64,000 nt of DNA, taken from the NCBI GenBank assembly GCA_026995935.1, contig JALWNK010000023.1, forward strand, positions 73,399 through 137,398. The letters are read 5' to 3'. Source of the DNA: Deltaproteobacteria bacterium (GTDB taxonomy: Bacteria > Desulfobacterota > Dissulfuribacteria > Dissulfuribacterales > QOAL01). The position numbers were made by a program, and so were the translations under genes. The notes under the pieces are model-generated. The model ran no database searches. It was not told where the DNA came from and saw only the letters and a program-made list of their open reading frames with translations. Below, one piece after another: positions 7,032 through 17,506 of this stretch (its first letter is position 1; each line of letters begins with the position of its first letter).

Positions 7032-7730
7032 ATGTTCAAGGCCAGGATACTGGTTGTTGAGGATGACAGGGACATAAGGACCGTGCTTATGGATCAGCTG
7101 CGTCTGGACGGATTTGAGACCGTTGGTGCGTCAACTGGCCAGGAGGTGCTTGAGAACTTCAGTTCAATTTCCCCTGATCTCATAATTTTGGATCTCAAGC
7201 TTCCTGACATTGACGGCCTGGTGGTATGTCAGGAGGTGAGAAAAAGATCGGACATTCCCATCATCATAGTGAGTGCCAGGGATTCCCTGCCTGATAAGAT
7301 CAGGGGGCTTGAGGTGGGGGCAGATGACTATGTCACAAAGCCCTTTGAATACCTGGAACTCGAGGCAAGGATTAGGGCGTGCCTGAGACGGCGCCAGGCC
7401 TCCTCTTCAGCTACAGAACCCATTGACCTTGGAAAACTCAAGATATACAGGCAAAAGAGGATGATAGAGGTGAACGGAAGGAGTGTAAAGCTTACGAAAA
7501 AGGAGTTTGAGCTCTTAAGCCTGTTCCTTGAGAACAAGGGCAAGGTTCTTAGCAGGGAGTATCTCAGCAGCCACCTTTGGCACAAAAAGGAGGTCTATCC
7601 CTGGTCTCGGGCCCTGGATGTGCACATCAGAAGACTCAGAAAGAAAATAGAGCCTGATCCGGCAAATCCAAAATACATACTCACCCACGCCGGAGTTGGT
7701 TACAGGTTCTCAACTGGAAAAGTGGACTAA
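7032..7730 (+). CDS. OmpR/PhoB-family response regulator
   Basis: The receiver domain has VVEDD and the acceptor DLIILDLKLPDIDG. The C-terminus is a winged-helix domain (LTKKEFELL...HAGVGYRF). Confidence 0.85.
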   Translation: MFKARILVVEDDRDIRTVLMDQLRLDGFETVGASTGQEVLENFSSISPDLIILDLKLPDIDGLVVCQEVRKRSDIPIIIVSARDSLPDKIRGLEVGADDYVTKPFEYLELEARIRACLRRRQASSSATEPIDLGKLKIYRQKRMIEVNGRSVKLTKKEFELLSLFLENKGKVLSREYLSSHLWHKKEVYPWSRALDVHIRRLRKKIEPDPANPKYILTHAGVGYRFSTGKVD

Positions 7731-7757
7731 AATCCAACCAGCCCGGATAGCGGTGTG

Positions 7758-10700
7758 TCAGTTCAAGGTGTCTTGCTGCTGATATTTTGCCCTGAGCCCT
7801 GGATATCCAAGTATCTGCATCACCTCTTGGGCAACATCTTCATGAAGGCTTGCACTGAATTCATCTGGAAGGGCAAGGTGGACTATGCCCTTGTTGTTGA
7901 TGCGTATGTCCAGGGTGACAGGTAGCTGCCCCGGAGTCCTTTTTAGAAGCTCCTTTAGCCTCTTTACCATTTCCGGCCTGACCCTGTCTTCCCGGATGTC
8001 TATTACAATGCCACAGGTCTTTTTGGCACAGACGTCTTCTAGAAGTTCCACCTTTTCCGCTATTATCTTGCAGGATGCCGACTCCTTTTCCTCTCCTTCC
8101 TTTTTAAGAAGGCCCTCTACGAATATGGGCTTTTCCGAATCTATTATCTCCTGAAACCTCGAGTAGGCCTCTGGAAAGCAAATCACCTCAACGGAGCCTG
8201 AAAGGTCTTCCAGGACAAAAAAGGCCATCTTGGTGCCCTTCTTTGTAAGCTTGTCCTTTTTCATCCTGACAACCCCTGCAAGGCCAAGGCGAGTACCCTC
8301 GGAAATGGAAGGAAGTGCGTCTGCGGTAACGGTAGGAAGCCTTAGGATGTCCTGGCGGAAGGCATCTAGCGGATGTCCGCTTATGTAAAAGCCAAGGGCC
8401 TCCTTTTCAAGGGAAAGCCTGTACATCTCATCCCACTCATCAACCTCTGGGATATTAAAGGAAGATGCCCCTTCAACAGGTGCCTGGGCGCAATCAAACA
8501 GGGATTTTTGCCCAAGACTCCTCTCCTTCTGCTTTTTATGGCCAAACTCCAGGGCTCTGTCCAGGCTTTCAAACAGCTGAGCCCTTTTAAGGCCAAAGCA
8601 GTCAAGGGCCCCTGATTTTATAAGGCCCTCAAGTACGCGTTTATTTACCTTTTTAAGGTCAACCCGTGAAACAAAGTCACCAAAGTCCTCAAAGGGGCCG
8701 TTTTCTTCCCTTTCCTTGATTATCACCTTGATGGCGCTTGACCCCACGTTTTTTACCGCTGCAAGGCCAAAACGAATCTTATCCCCTTCTATGGTGAAAT
8801 CCTCGCCGCTCTTGTTTATGTCTGGAGGAAGAACAGTTATGCTGCTTGAACGGCACTCTCCCAGGAATTTTACTACCCCGTCGGTATTTCCAAGCTCATT
8901 TGAAAGAAGGGAAGTCATGAAGGGTATGCGGTAGTGTGCCTTTAACCAAGCAGTTTGGTAAGAAATTAGGGCATAAGCGGCTGAGTGACTCTTGTTAAAG
9001 CCGTAGCCGGCAAACTTTGCCATGAGGTCAAATATGGTTTCTGCCTTCTTCTTGTCTATGTCCTTTTTGAGGGCACCCTCCATGAATCTTTCCTTCTGGG
9101 CCTCCATGACCTCAGGAATCTTTTTACCCATGGCGCGTCTGAGAAGGTCACCTTCTCCAAGGCTGTAGCCGGCAAGCTCCTGGGCAATTTTCATGACCTG
9201 CTCCTGGTACACTATGACCCCGTAGGTCTCCTTTAAAATGGGTTCAAGCTGAGGAAGCAGGTATTTGACCTCTACCTGGCCGTGCTTTCTCTTTACAAAG
9301 TCTGAAACCATGCCGCTTTCCAAAGGGCCTGGCCTGTAGAGGGCGACAAGGGCAATGAGATCCGTAAAGGTTGTGGGCTTAAGCTGCCTGATTAGGTTTT
9401 TCATCCCCGAGCTTTCAAGCTGGAAGACCCCGGTGGTGTCCCCCTCCTGCAGGAGCTTGAAGGTCTTTTCGTCATCCAGAGAAATGGTGGAAAGGTCTAT
9501 ATCCTTGCCGTAGTGCTCCTTTATGAGCCTTATTGTGGTATCGATTACCGTAAGGGTCTTTAGACCGAGAAAGTCGAACTTGATGAGCCCAACCTTCTCC
9601 ACGTCCTTCATGTCAAACTGGGTTACTGTCTCTCCCTCCTGACCCTTGGTAAGGGGCAGGTATTCCACCATGGGCTTGTCCGAGATGACTACGCCTGCGG
9701 CATGGGTGGATGAATGGCGGGGAAGCCCTTCTAAGGCTCTTGCAATGGTCAGAAGGCGTGCCACCTCCTTGTTGTTTTCAGAAAGCTCCTTGAGCTTGGG
9801 CTCAAGCCTGATGGCCTCTTCAAGGCTGATGTTGAGCTTGTCTGGAACAAGCTTGGCAATCCTGTCCACCTCCTGATAGCTCATGCCAAGTCCCCTTCCA
9901 ACATCCCTTATGACAGCCTTTGCCTTCATCTGGCCAAAGGTGATTATCTGGGCCACAAAGTCCTCGCCACCGTACTTTTCTGTAACGTACCTTATGACCT
10001 CATCCCTTTTGGCCATGCAGAAATCAACGTCTATGTCAGGAAGCGAGACCCTTTCAACATTGAGGAAGCGCTCAAAGAAGAGGCCGTAACGGACAGGGTC
10101 TATTTCCGTAATTCCCATGGAATAGGCAACAAGAGAACCTGCTGCAGAGCCCCGGCCAGGGCCAACGGGAATGCCATGCCTCTTGGCCCAGTTGATGAAA
10201 TCAGCAACGATGAGAAAGTAGGAGGCAAATCCCTTATCCTTGATGATCTCAAGCTCTTCCTCAAGGCGTTCCTGGTACCTTTTGCACTCATCTTCAGAAA
10301 GGCCAAGCTGCCTCTTTCTCCTTTCAAATCCTTTCCTTGCCTGCCTTTCAAACACCTCCTCGTAGGTAAGCCCCTCATCGATCTTGAAAAAGGGAAAGTG
10401 GTGTTTGCCCGTCTCGATTTCAACGTTGCACCTAGAGACAATCTCCTGGGTGTTTGATATGGCCTCCTCATGCCAGGAAAAGCGCGAAGCCATCTCCTCT
10501 GGAGGGGCAAAGTAGAGGCTGTCCGTGGAAAATCTCATCCTTTTTTTGTCGTTTACCGTCTTTCCTGTCTGGATGCAAAGAAGCACGTCATGGGCGTCTG
10601 CATCCTCCCTGTTGAGGTAGTGACAGTCGTTTGTGGCAACAACCGGTATGCCTAGTTTTTTCGAAAGGTCAACAAGGGCCTCATTCACCTCGTTCTGCTC

Positions 10701-11249
10701 AGGTATCCCGTTTTCCTGGAGCTCAAGGTAGAACCTGTCCTTGAAGATGCTTGCGTAGGTCTCTGCCAGGGTGCAGGCCCCATTTTCATCTCCCCTCAGG
10801 AATGCATGGCTTACCTCGCCGTGAAGACAGGCAGAAAGGGCAATGAGCCCCTGGTTGAATTCTGCCAGAATCTCCTTGTCCACCCTGGGCTTGTAGTAGA
10901 AGCCTTCAAAGTTAGCAATGGTTACAAGCTTCATGAGGTTTTTGTAGCCAGTGTTATCCATGGCAAGAAGCACCAGGTGAAAGGCTGCCTGGGACTGGCT
11001 CCTGGCACTCCGGTCCTTCCTGCTTCCAGGAGCCACGTATAGCTCGCAACCAATTATTGGCTTTATGCCCGCCTTTAAGGCGCCTTGGTAAAACTTTAGC
11101 ACCCCGTACATGTTTCCGTGGTCTGTAATAGCCACGGAGTCGTAACCATACTCCCTGGCTCTGGGAAAGAGGTCCTTGAGCCTTATGGCCCCGTCAAGGA
11201 GGCTGTATTCGGTATGGAGGTGAAGATGGGTGAAGCTTGTCTCTTTCAT
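7758..11249 (-). CDS. dnaE: DNA polymerase III alpha subunit
   Basis: 1163 aa. The PHP motif is HLHLHTEYSLLDGA. It also has the DnaE palm/fingers motifs (PDIDVDF, GLLKFDFLGL, FNKSHSAAYA) and a C-terminal OB fold. Confidence 0.95.
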   Translation of the reverse strand: MKETSFTHLHLHTEYSLLDGAIRLKDLFPRAREYGYDSVAITDHGNMYGVLKFYQGALKAGIKPIIGCELYVAPGSRKDRSARSQSQAAFHLVLLAMDNTGYKNLMKLVTIANFEGFYYKPRVDKEILAEFNQGLIALSACLHGEVSHAFLRGDENGACTLAETYASIFKDRFYLELQENGIPEQNEVNEALVDLSKKLGIPVVATNDCHYLNREDADAHDVLLCIQTGKTVNDKKRMRFSTDSLYFAPPEEMASRFSWHEEAISNTQEIVSRCNVEIETGKHHFPFFKIDEGLTYEEVFERQARKGFERRKRQLGLSEDECKRYQERLEEELEIIKDKGFASYFLIVADFINWAKRHGIPVGPGRGSAAGSLVAYSMGITEIDPVRYGLFFERFLNVERVSLPDIDVDFCMAKRDEVIRYVTEKYGGEDFVAQIITFGQMKAKAVIRDVGRGLGMSYQEVDRIAKLVPDKLNISLEEAIRLEPKLKELSENNKEVARLLTIARALEGLPRHSSTHAAGVVISDKPMVEYLPLTKGQEGETVTQFDMKDVEKVGLIKFDFLGLKTLTVIDTTIRLIKEHYGKDIDLSTISLDDEKTFKLLQEGDTTGVFQLESSGMKNLIRQLKPTTFTDLIALVALYRPGPLESGMVSDFVKRKHGQVEVKYLLPQLEPILKETYGVIVYQEQVMKIAQELAGYSLGEGDLLRRAMGKKIPEVMEAQKERFMEGALKKDIDKKKAETIFDLMAKFAGYGFNKSHSAAYALISYQTAWLKAHYRIPFMTSLLSNELGNTDGVVKFLGECRSSSITVLPPDINKSGEDFTIEGDKIRFGLAAVKNVGSSAIKVIIKEREENGPFEDFGDFVSRVDLKKVNKRVLEGLIKSGALDCFGLKRAQLFESLDRALEFGHKKQKERSLGQKSLFDCAQAPVEGASSFNIPEVDEWDEMYRLSLEKEALGFYISGHPLDAFRQDILRLPTVTADALPSISEGTRLGLAGVVRMKKDKLTKKGTKMAFFVLEDLSGSVEVICFPEAYSRFQEIIDSEKPIFVEGLLKKEGEEKESASCKIIAEKVELLEDVCAKKTCGIVIDIREDRVRPEMVKRLKELLKRTPGQLPVTLDIRINNKGIVHLALPDEFSASLHEDVAQEVMQILGYPGLRAKYQQQDTLN

Positions 11250-11282
11250 TTTCGTCCTGTACCCTTGAAAAACACAAAAAAA

Positions 11283-12836
11283 CTACTCCCACTCGATGGT
11301 TGCAGGGGGTTTTGAGCTAATGTCGTAACAGACCCTGTTAACCCCCCTGACCTCGTTGATAATCCTGTTGGATATTCTTCCAAGAAGATCATAAGGCAGC
11401 TTTGACCAGTCTGCCGTCATGGCATCCAGGCTGTCAACGACCCTTAATGCAACAACGTGATCATAGGTCCTTTCATCTCCCATTACTCCAACCGTCTTTA
11501 TGGGAAGAAGCACGGCAAAGGACTGCCAGACCTTCCAGTACCAGTCGGAAGCCTTCATCTCCTCAAGAACAATATGGTCTGCCTCTCTCAGGATATTCAG
11601 CCTTTCATGTGTGACCTCTCCGAGTATCCTGATGGCAAGGCCAGGCCCTGGAAAGGGGTGCCTGTTGATAAGCTCGTAGGGCATGCCAAGTTCCTTGGCA
11701 ACCCTTCTCACCTCGTCCTTAAAAAGCTCTCTGAGCGGCTCTATGAGATCAAGCTTCATGACATCTGGAAGGCCCCCCACATTGTGGTGGCTTTTTATGG
11801 TGGCAGAAGGCCCTTTGAAGGAGACGCTCTCGATCACGTCCGGATACAAGGTCCCCTGGGCAAGAAAGTCAACATGGCCTGTCTTTGAGGCCTCCTCCTC
11901 AAAGATTTCTATGAATTCATTACCTATAATCTTCCTTTTCTTTTCAGGGTCCTCAACCCCCTTTAGCTTTTGAAGAAACCTCTCCTCAGCATCCACGTAA
12001 ACCACGTTCAGGTCAAACTGCTTTAAAAAGGCAAGGACCGTCTCAGGCTCATTTTTTCTCAAAAGGCCGTTATTTACAAAGACGCACACCAGGTTCTTGC
12101 CAATTGCTTTGTGGATGAGAAGGGCGGTCACTGTGGAGTCAACCCCTCCTGAAAGGGCGCAGATGACCCTGCCGTTTCCCACTTTTCTTTTTATCTCCTC
12201 CACGGTGGTGGATACGAAGGATTCCATGGTCCAGTCCGGGGTGCACTTACAGACCCGGAACAGAAAGTTTCTTATGACATCCATACCTATTTCCGTGTGT
12301 GCAACCTCTGGATGAAACTGCACGCCAAAGATGGATTTTTCGGCATGTGCCATGGCGGCAACCGGACATGACGCGCTATGGGCAAGGACAATGAATCCTT
12401 CAGGTATCTTTTCCACCTTATCCCCGTGGCTCATCCATACCTGGTGGCCAGGCTCACCGGCAAGAAGGCCATGAAATATCTCATCTGTATCGTCTATGAT
12501 AAGGCGTGCGTGGCCATATTCCCTGTGGTCGCTTCTTTCCACCTGGCCTCCAAGGAGCAGGCTAGTAAGCTGCATGCCATAGCATATCCCCAGGATGGGA
12601 ATGCCAAGATCAAAGATTTCCGTACCAATCTTGGGTGCGTCCTCATCGTAGACGCTTGATGGGCCGCCTGAAAGGATTATGCCCTTGGGGGCCATTGCCT
12701 TGATCCTTTGAATACTTATATTAAACGGGTGGATTTCACAGTAGACCTGGGCCTCCCTGACCCTTCTTGCAATGAGCTGGGTGGTCTGGGAGCCAAAATC
12801 AAGTACCAGGACGTTCTGTTTGCTTGACGTTTGCAT
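11283..12836 (-). CDS. guaA: GMP synthase (glutamine-hydrolysing)
   Basis: 517 aa with a GATase domain (GICYGMQ), the PP-loop SGGVDS, and the conserved C-terminus KPPATIEWE. Confidence 0.95.
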   Translation of the reverse strand: MQTSSKQNVLVLDFGSQTTQLIARRVREAQVYCEIHPFNISIQRIKAMAPKGIILSGGPSSVYDEDAPKIGTEIFDLGIPILGICYGMQLTSLLLGGQVERSDHREYGHARLIIDDTDEIFHGLLAGEPGHQVWMSHGDKVEKIPEGFIVLAHSASCPVAAMAHAEKSIFGVQFHPEVAHTEIGMDVIRNFLFRVCKCTPDWTMESFVSTTVEEIKRKVGNGRVICALSGGVDSTVTALLIHKAIGKNLVCVFVNNGLLRKNEPETVLAFLKQFDLNVVYVDAEERFLQKLKGVEDPEKKRKIIGNEFIEIFEEEASKTGHVDFLAQGTLYPDVIESVSFKGPSATIKSHHNVGGLPDVMKLDLIEPLRELFKDEVRRVAKELGMPYELINRHPFPGPGLAIRILGEVTHERLNILREADHIVLEEMKASDWYWKVWQSFAVLLPIKTVGVMGDERTYDHVVALRVVDSLDAMTADWSKLPYDLLGRISNRIINEVRGVNRVCYDISSKPPATIEWE

Positions 12837-12889
12837 AACTACCTCAAATGATTAATTTTTTTAATTAGAAATACGAAAAAGAAATCCAA

Positions 12890-14872
12890 GTGACGAAGAG
12901 AATAGTAACTGAAATCATGGAAAATAAAAAGGGCATAAAGTTGAGAAGAAAAATTGATTGTGGTAATGTGATTACCATGGATGACGATTGTAAACGGCCT
13001 GAAAAGGCCGATTTAGGACATGATAAAGAAGGCTGCAGCAAGGACTGTTCGTCTAAAAAGGAGACCGAGGCTGCGACCTGCCAAAAGCATATTTCCACAG
13101 AAAGACCGAGGAACGAGGATGAGTCTGAAAGGCCTTTTCCTTCCCAAAAGACCCTGGAGAAGGAGATAAGCGAATACCTTGCCAAGAAGTATGGCGGAAG
13201 GGTCAAGGTTATTTCCCAGATGGTTTTTCCAGGACAGACAAAGACAGAGGAGACCGAGCCCAGGGAAGATCAGGCCAAGAAAAAGGGCGCAACCATAAAG
13301 TTCGACATAAAGCCCAAGGAGCTTGAGGCCTATCTTAATGAATACGTAGTCAAGCAGGACAAGGCCAAGGCCATCCTTGCCACCAAGATTTGCACCCACT
13401 TCAACAAGATTTCCTATCTTGAAAGGCGGGGTAAGAATCGCCAGCCAGTGGGAAACATCAAAAACAACATCATCCTCATAGGACCAACCGGTGTTGGAAA
13501 GACCTATCTCATAAAACTCATTGCAGCAAAGCTTGGTGTGCCCTTTGTCAAGGGAGACGCCACCAAGTTCAGTGAGACAGGCTATGTTGGCGGCGATGTG
13601 GAAGATCTCGTGCGTGACCTTGTAAAAGAGGCAGACGGGGATATAGAAAAGGCCCAGTACGGAATCATATATATTGACGAAATAGACAAGATCGCCGCAA
13701 CAGATGGCCTCAGGGGGCCTGATGTATCTCGCTCTGGTGTTCAAAGGGCCTTGCTTAAGCCTCTTGAAGAGACAGAGGTGGATCTTAAGACTCCCCACGA
13801 TCCAATTTCCCAGTTGGAGGCCATAGAGCACTTCAGAAAGACAGGTAAGAGGATGAAAAAGACCATCAACACAAGAAACGTCCTCTTCATCGTAAGCGGT
13901 GCCTTCTCGGGTCTTTCTGAAATAGTCAAAAAGAGGCTTTCCAGACAGGGTATCGGTTTTGGTGCCGAGCTGGACGTGAGGGATGAACAGGAGTGGCTCA
14001 AAAAGGTAAAACCCCAGGACCTTGTGGAGTTTGGTTTTGAAAACGAGTTCATAGGAAGGCTGCCTGTTATTGCAGTCCTCGAAGAGCTCAACGAGGATGA
14101 CCTTTTTGAGATACTTAAAAATCCCAAGAGCCCGGTAATAGTCAGCAAAAAACAGGATTTCAGGGCCTACGGAATCGATCTAAAGTTTGAAGAGGATGCC
14201 CTAAGGCTCCTTGCAGCCCAGGCCTATCAGGAAAAAACAGGGGCAAGGGCACTGGTAAGCGTTATAGAGCGGGCCCTTATGCCCTTTGAAAAGGCGCTTC
14301 CATCAACTGACATCGACTTTCTTGTCGTAACTAGGGAGCTTGTTGAAGAGCCTGAAAAGGTACTTGAGGAGCTTCTAAGGAAACCGCACAACCGCAAAAG
14401 AATTCGTCAATATGAGGCCATCTTGGACCATGAAAAGAGGGCAATAATTGGCGGTCTTGATATCTCCAAACTGCCATCCTGGAAGGAGCAGGGCGTAAGC
14501 CTCAATGAAAACAGGAAGGAACTCATAGCGCATCTTTGCCTGAAGGATGACTTGAGCGTAGAGGAGGCGGCAGCCAATGTGCTGTTCTGGATTCAGCAGA
14601 TAAAAAGCTACGAGGCCTCCTTTTTTAACAGGTGCGAAATCGATATCAACCTGGAGGACGAGGCTGTGGACAAGATACTTGAGGCATGCAGGTTCGATCC
14701 TGCAAGCCTTTATACACAGTGTGAAAGGCTTACCAGCATACTCGAGTATGGCCTTACCCTCATAAGGGAGAGGACAGGACAGGCAGAATTCAACATTCCT
14801 TCAGACGCTGTGGAAAATCCTGAGCTTTTCATAAACCGTCTAATCCGTATCTGCTACGAGTCCAACAACTAG
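12890..14872 (+). CDS. ClpX-like AAA+ unfoldase paralogue with non-canonical N- and C-terminal regions
   Basis: Motifs present: Walker A GPTGVGKT, pore loop GYVG, Walker B IIYIDEIDK, and the ClpP-docking-type loop GIGFGA. About 140 aa of K/E-rich, Cys-containing sequence replaces the ClpX zinc-binding domain. There is an additional C-terminal tail of about 160 aa. The start (GTG 12890 or ATG 12917) is uncertain. Confidence 0.7.
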   Translation: MTKRIVTEIMENKKGIKLRRKIDCGNVITMDDDCKRPEKADLGHDKEGCSKDCSSKKETEAATCQKHISTERPRNEDESERPFPSQKTLEKEISEYLAKKYGGRVKVISQMVFPGQTKTEETEPREDQAKKKGATIKFDIKPKELEAYLNEYVVKQDKAKAILATKICTHFNKISYLERRGKNRQPVGNIKNNIILIGPTGVGKTYLIKLIAAKLGVPFVKGDATKFSETGYVGGDVEDLVRDLVKEADGDIEKAQYGIIYIDEIDKIAATDGLRGPDVSRSGVQRALLKPLEETEVDLKTPHDPISQLEAIEHFRKTGKRMKKTINTRNVLFIVSGAFSGLSEIVKKRLSRQGIGFGAELDVRDEQEWLKKVKPQDLVEFGFENEFIGRLPVIAVLEELNEDDLFEILKNPKSPVIVSKKQDFRAYGIDLKFEEDALRLLAAQAYQEKTGARALVSVIERALMPFEKALPSTDIDFLVVTRELVEEPEKVLEELLRKPHNRKRIRQYEAILDHEKRAIIGGLDISKLPSWKEQGVSLNENRKELIAHLCLKDDLSVEEAAANVLFWIQQIKSYEASFFNRCEIDINLEDEAVDKILEACRFDPASLYTQCERLTSILEYGLTLIRERTGQAEFNIPSDAVENPELFINRLIRICYESNN

Positions 14873-14883
14873 GAGAACCTTTT

Positions 14884-15264
14884 ATGGGTAACGAGAACAC
14901 GCCGGTCGTACTTTTGGTGGACGACAAGCCTGAAGGCAGGGAAGTTTTTTCTCAGATAGCCCAGGACTTTCCCTTTGAACTCATTGTGGCAGAAGATGGG
15001 CAGGAGGGGTTTGACTTGGCCCGGGAGCAGGAGCCCGATTTAATTATAATAAGGAAGAATGTCCCTGTCTTGAATGCCGAGTCGGTAAGCGTTCTGCTAA
15101 AGCAGTCTGCAGCCACAGACAAGATTCCCATACTGGTCATCTGCCCTGATTTTTCCCCTGAGGAACAAGAAAAGTTACAGGATGCCGGTTGTAACGACTG
15201 CATAAAGGACTTGCAGGAAGTTGAAATCGTGGTTTCAAAGCTAAAGGAGTGGCTTGCCCTATGA
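14884..15264 (+). CDS. Stand-alone receiver-domain protein lacking the phospho-acceptor Asp
   Basis: 126 aa. The VLLVDD acidic pair is present, but the acceptor position reads [11 protein letters not shown], with Arg57 (codon 15052..15054) where Asp is expected. The stop overlaps the hemB ATG (ATGA). Confidence 0.6.
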   Translation: MGNENTPVVLLVDDKPEGREVFSQIAQDFPFELIVAEDGQEGFDLAREQEPDLIIIRKNVPVLNAESVSVLLKQSAATDKIPILVICPDFSPEEQEKLQDAGCNDCIKDLQEVEIVVSKLKEWLAL

Positions 15265-16247
15265 TGTTTCCAGAGTACAGGCCAAGAAGGCTCAGGCAGA
15301 CCGAAAGGTTCCGTTCACTGGTTAGGGAAACTTGTGTTTCCAAGGATCACCTCATATATCCTCTCTTTGCAGTACCAGGTAAGAAGGTAAAGGAGCCCAT
15401 CTCCTCCATGCCAGGTGTCTATCAAATGTCAGTGGATAACGTGGTGAAAGAGGCAAGGGAGGCCTTTGACCTTGGTGTTCCTGCCATTTTGCTCTTTGGA
15501 GTTCCGGAAAAAAAGGACTCCAAGGGCTCACATGCCTGGATAAAGTCGGGAATCGTCCAAAAGGCCGTTGAGGCAGTAAAAAAGGCAGTACCAGACCTTC
15601 TCGTGGTTACAGACGTCTGTCTCTGCGAATACACCTCCCACGGTCACTGCGGCGTTGTGGTCAAGGAGAAGAAGGGTATCTTTCGCATAGATAACGATGC
15701 CACACTGGAGCTTTTACAGAAGGCGGCCCTTTCTCACGCCAGGGCAGGCGCGGACATGGTTGCCCCTTCAGACATGATGGACGGAAGGGTAGGGGCCATC
15801 AGGGAGGTCCTGGACGATCACGGCTTTGAACATGTGCCCATAATGTCCTATGCAGTCAAGTATGCATCTAGCTTTTACGGCCCCTTCAGGGATGCGGCCG
15901 AATGTGCTCCCCAGTTTGGGGACAGAAGATCGTACCAGATGGACATAGCAAACAGCCGCGAGGCGCTCAGGGAGGCGACCCTTGACATGGAAGAAGGGGC
16001 AGACATACTCATGGTGAAGCCTGGAATGCCCTATCTGGATATAATCAGGATGCTTCGCCAGGAGTTTTCCCTTCCAATTGCCGCCTACCAGGTAAGCGGT
16101 GAATACTCCATGATAAAGGCTGCCGCTCAGAACGGTTGGCTCAACGAGGAACTCGTGGTCCGTGAATCTTTAATGGCATTCAGAAGGGCAGGCGCTGACA
16201 TAATAATCACCTATTTCGCAAAGGACTTTGCCCGAGCCAATTCCTAA
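15261..16247 (+). CDS. hemB: Porphobilinogen synthase (delta-aminolevulinate dehydratase), zinc type
   Basis: Begins [12 protein letters not shown]. The Cys-rich metal site is [14 protein letters not shown], with active-site regions MVKPG and YQVSGEY. AAGGAG lies 11 nt upstream of the ATG at 15261. Confidence 0.9.
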   Translation: MMFPEYRPRRLRQTERFRSLVRETCVSKDHLIYPLFAVPGKKVKEPISSMPGVYQMSVDNVVKEAREAFDLGVPAILLFGVPEKKDSKGSHAWIKSGIVQKAVEAVKKAVPDLLVVTDVCLCEYTSHGHCGVVVKEKKGIFRIDNDATLELLQKAALSHARAGADMVAPSDMMDGRVGAIREVLDDHGFEHVPIMSYAVKYASSFYGPFRDAAECAPQFGDRRSYQMDIANSREALREATLDMEEGADILMVKPGMPYLDIIRMLRQEFSLPIAAYQVSGEYSMIKAAAQNGWLNEELVVRESLMAFRRAGADIIITYFAKDFARANS

Positions 16248-17490
16248 GGCCATCTGGCCAAGGGCCATCTCAAGTTTCAGACACAAGGGCTACAGGGTTT
16301 TCCTGCTTGGCCAGGCCCTGGCACTTCTTGGAACCTGGGTCCAGGGAACAGCCCAGAGATGGCTTGTACTTGAGCTTACCGGAGACCCATTCTATGTTGG
16401 TCTTCTTGGTGCCGTGGCCGGTCTTCCACTGCTTTTTTTCTCCCTTGCAGGGGGCATTCTGGCAGACCGCTTGCCCAAGGTCTCCTTTCTTGTTTTCATT
16501 CAGGCCCTTATAATGTTTCAGGCCATGGTATTCGGCCTTTTGATAGACCTCAGTCTCATCTCATTTCCTGCCATCCTGCTTCTTGCCCTGATCCTTGGAA
16601 CGGGAATGGCCTTTGAGGTGCCGGCAAGGCAGTCCCTTGTTTTTGACCTTGTGGGAAAGGAGGATATTACCAATGGGATTGCAGTTCACTCCGTTGCCTT
16701 TAACCTTGCAAGGTTCGGGGGACCGGCGCTTGCCGGTTTTCTCATGCAGGCAGGCCTCATGGCAGAATGCTTTTATTTCAAGGCGTTATCAGCATTTGCC
16801 GTAATTGCAGCCCTTTTCTATGTGAAAAGGATGCATCCTGGCTTTAACCGTCCCTTGGGAAAGAGGAGAGAATCCGCAAGATCTGACATTATGGAGGCGG
16901 TATCCTTCATAAGAAGAAAGCCCCTTCTTTTTATGATACTCCTAAATATCATGGGTTTTGGCATACTCCTTCTTCCATATTCAATACTTCTTCCATCTCT
17001 TGGAAGGGACGTCCTTGGTCTGAACGCCAAGTACTACGGGCTCATGTGTGCTGCAAACGGACTTGGTGCCCTTCTTGGAGCGGGCTTTGTGGCCCAGTTT
17101 GGTCATGCACGAAACAGGATGAAGTGGTGGCGTCTTGGTGCAATCCTCTTTCCTGCCTCCATTGTTGCGGTATCATTCAGCAGAAGCTTCCTGGATGCCT
17201 GCGTCATATTGTTCTTAAGCGGTTTTGTCATGGTGATATGCTCAACAAGCGCTATAAGCCTTCTCCAGATTCACTCTTCAAATGAGCTCAGGGGCAGGAT
17301 CATGGGGCTTTTTACTACATCCTTCATGGGCCTTTTCCCCTTTGGAAGCCTTATTCAGGGCAGGCTTGCCTCTGTTTTCGGTGTAAGACAAACCATTTTC
17401 TCATGCGGTCTTGCTGCCCTGTTCCTCACCGTTTTTCTCCTTTTTCTGAACAGAAGGGCCTCTCGTTTGCCCATAGAGCCTGATATGTGA
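16228..17490 (+). CDS. MFS transporter (EntS/MFS_3-like)
   Basis: About 12 predicted TM segments and an N-terminal [21 protein letters not shown] motif. The start is TTG, because no in-frame ATG is available near the N-terminus. Confidence 0.72.
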   Translation: MPEPIPKAIWPRAISSFRHKGYRVFLLGQALALLGTWVQGTAQRWLVLELTGDPFYVGLLGAVAGLPLLFFSLAGGILADRLPKVSFLVFIQALIMFQAMVFGLLIDLSLISFPAILLLALILGTGMAFEVPARQSLVFDLVGKEDITNGIAVHSVAFNLARFGGPALAGFLMQAGLMAECFYFKALSAFAVIAALFYVKRMHPGFNRPLGKRRESARSDIMEAVSFIRRKPLLFMILLNIMGFGILLLPYSILLPSLGRDVLGLNAKYYGLMCAANGLGALLGAGFVAQFGHARNRMKWWRLGAILFPASIVAVSFSRSFLDACVILFLSGFVMVICSTSAISLLQIHSSNELRGRIMGLFTTSFMGLFPFGSLIQGRLASVFGVRQTIFSCGLAALFLTVFLLFLNRRASRLPIEPDM

Positions 17491-17506
17491 GGCCCTGGCA
17501 CAGAGA

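Noticed and set aside
13013-13831. A 272-aa ORF antisense to the ClpX-like gene. Similar long antisense ORFs occur at 4221..5033, 6125..6643, 29414..30022, 33121..33462, 49341..49760 and 56820..57383.
   Set aside because: In every case the opposite strand carries unmistakable family motifs. The antisense translations are low-complexity (Ser/Leu/Pro/Phe-rich) and lack SD sequences. They are explained by the sense-strand preference for AAG/GAG/AGG-type codons, whose complements are never stop codons.
16331-16342. A second LexA-box-like sequence, GAACCTGGGTCC.
   Set aside because: It has a mismatch in the right half-site (GTCC versus GTTC) and lies inside the MFS coding region, far from any promoter.
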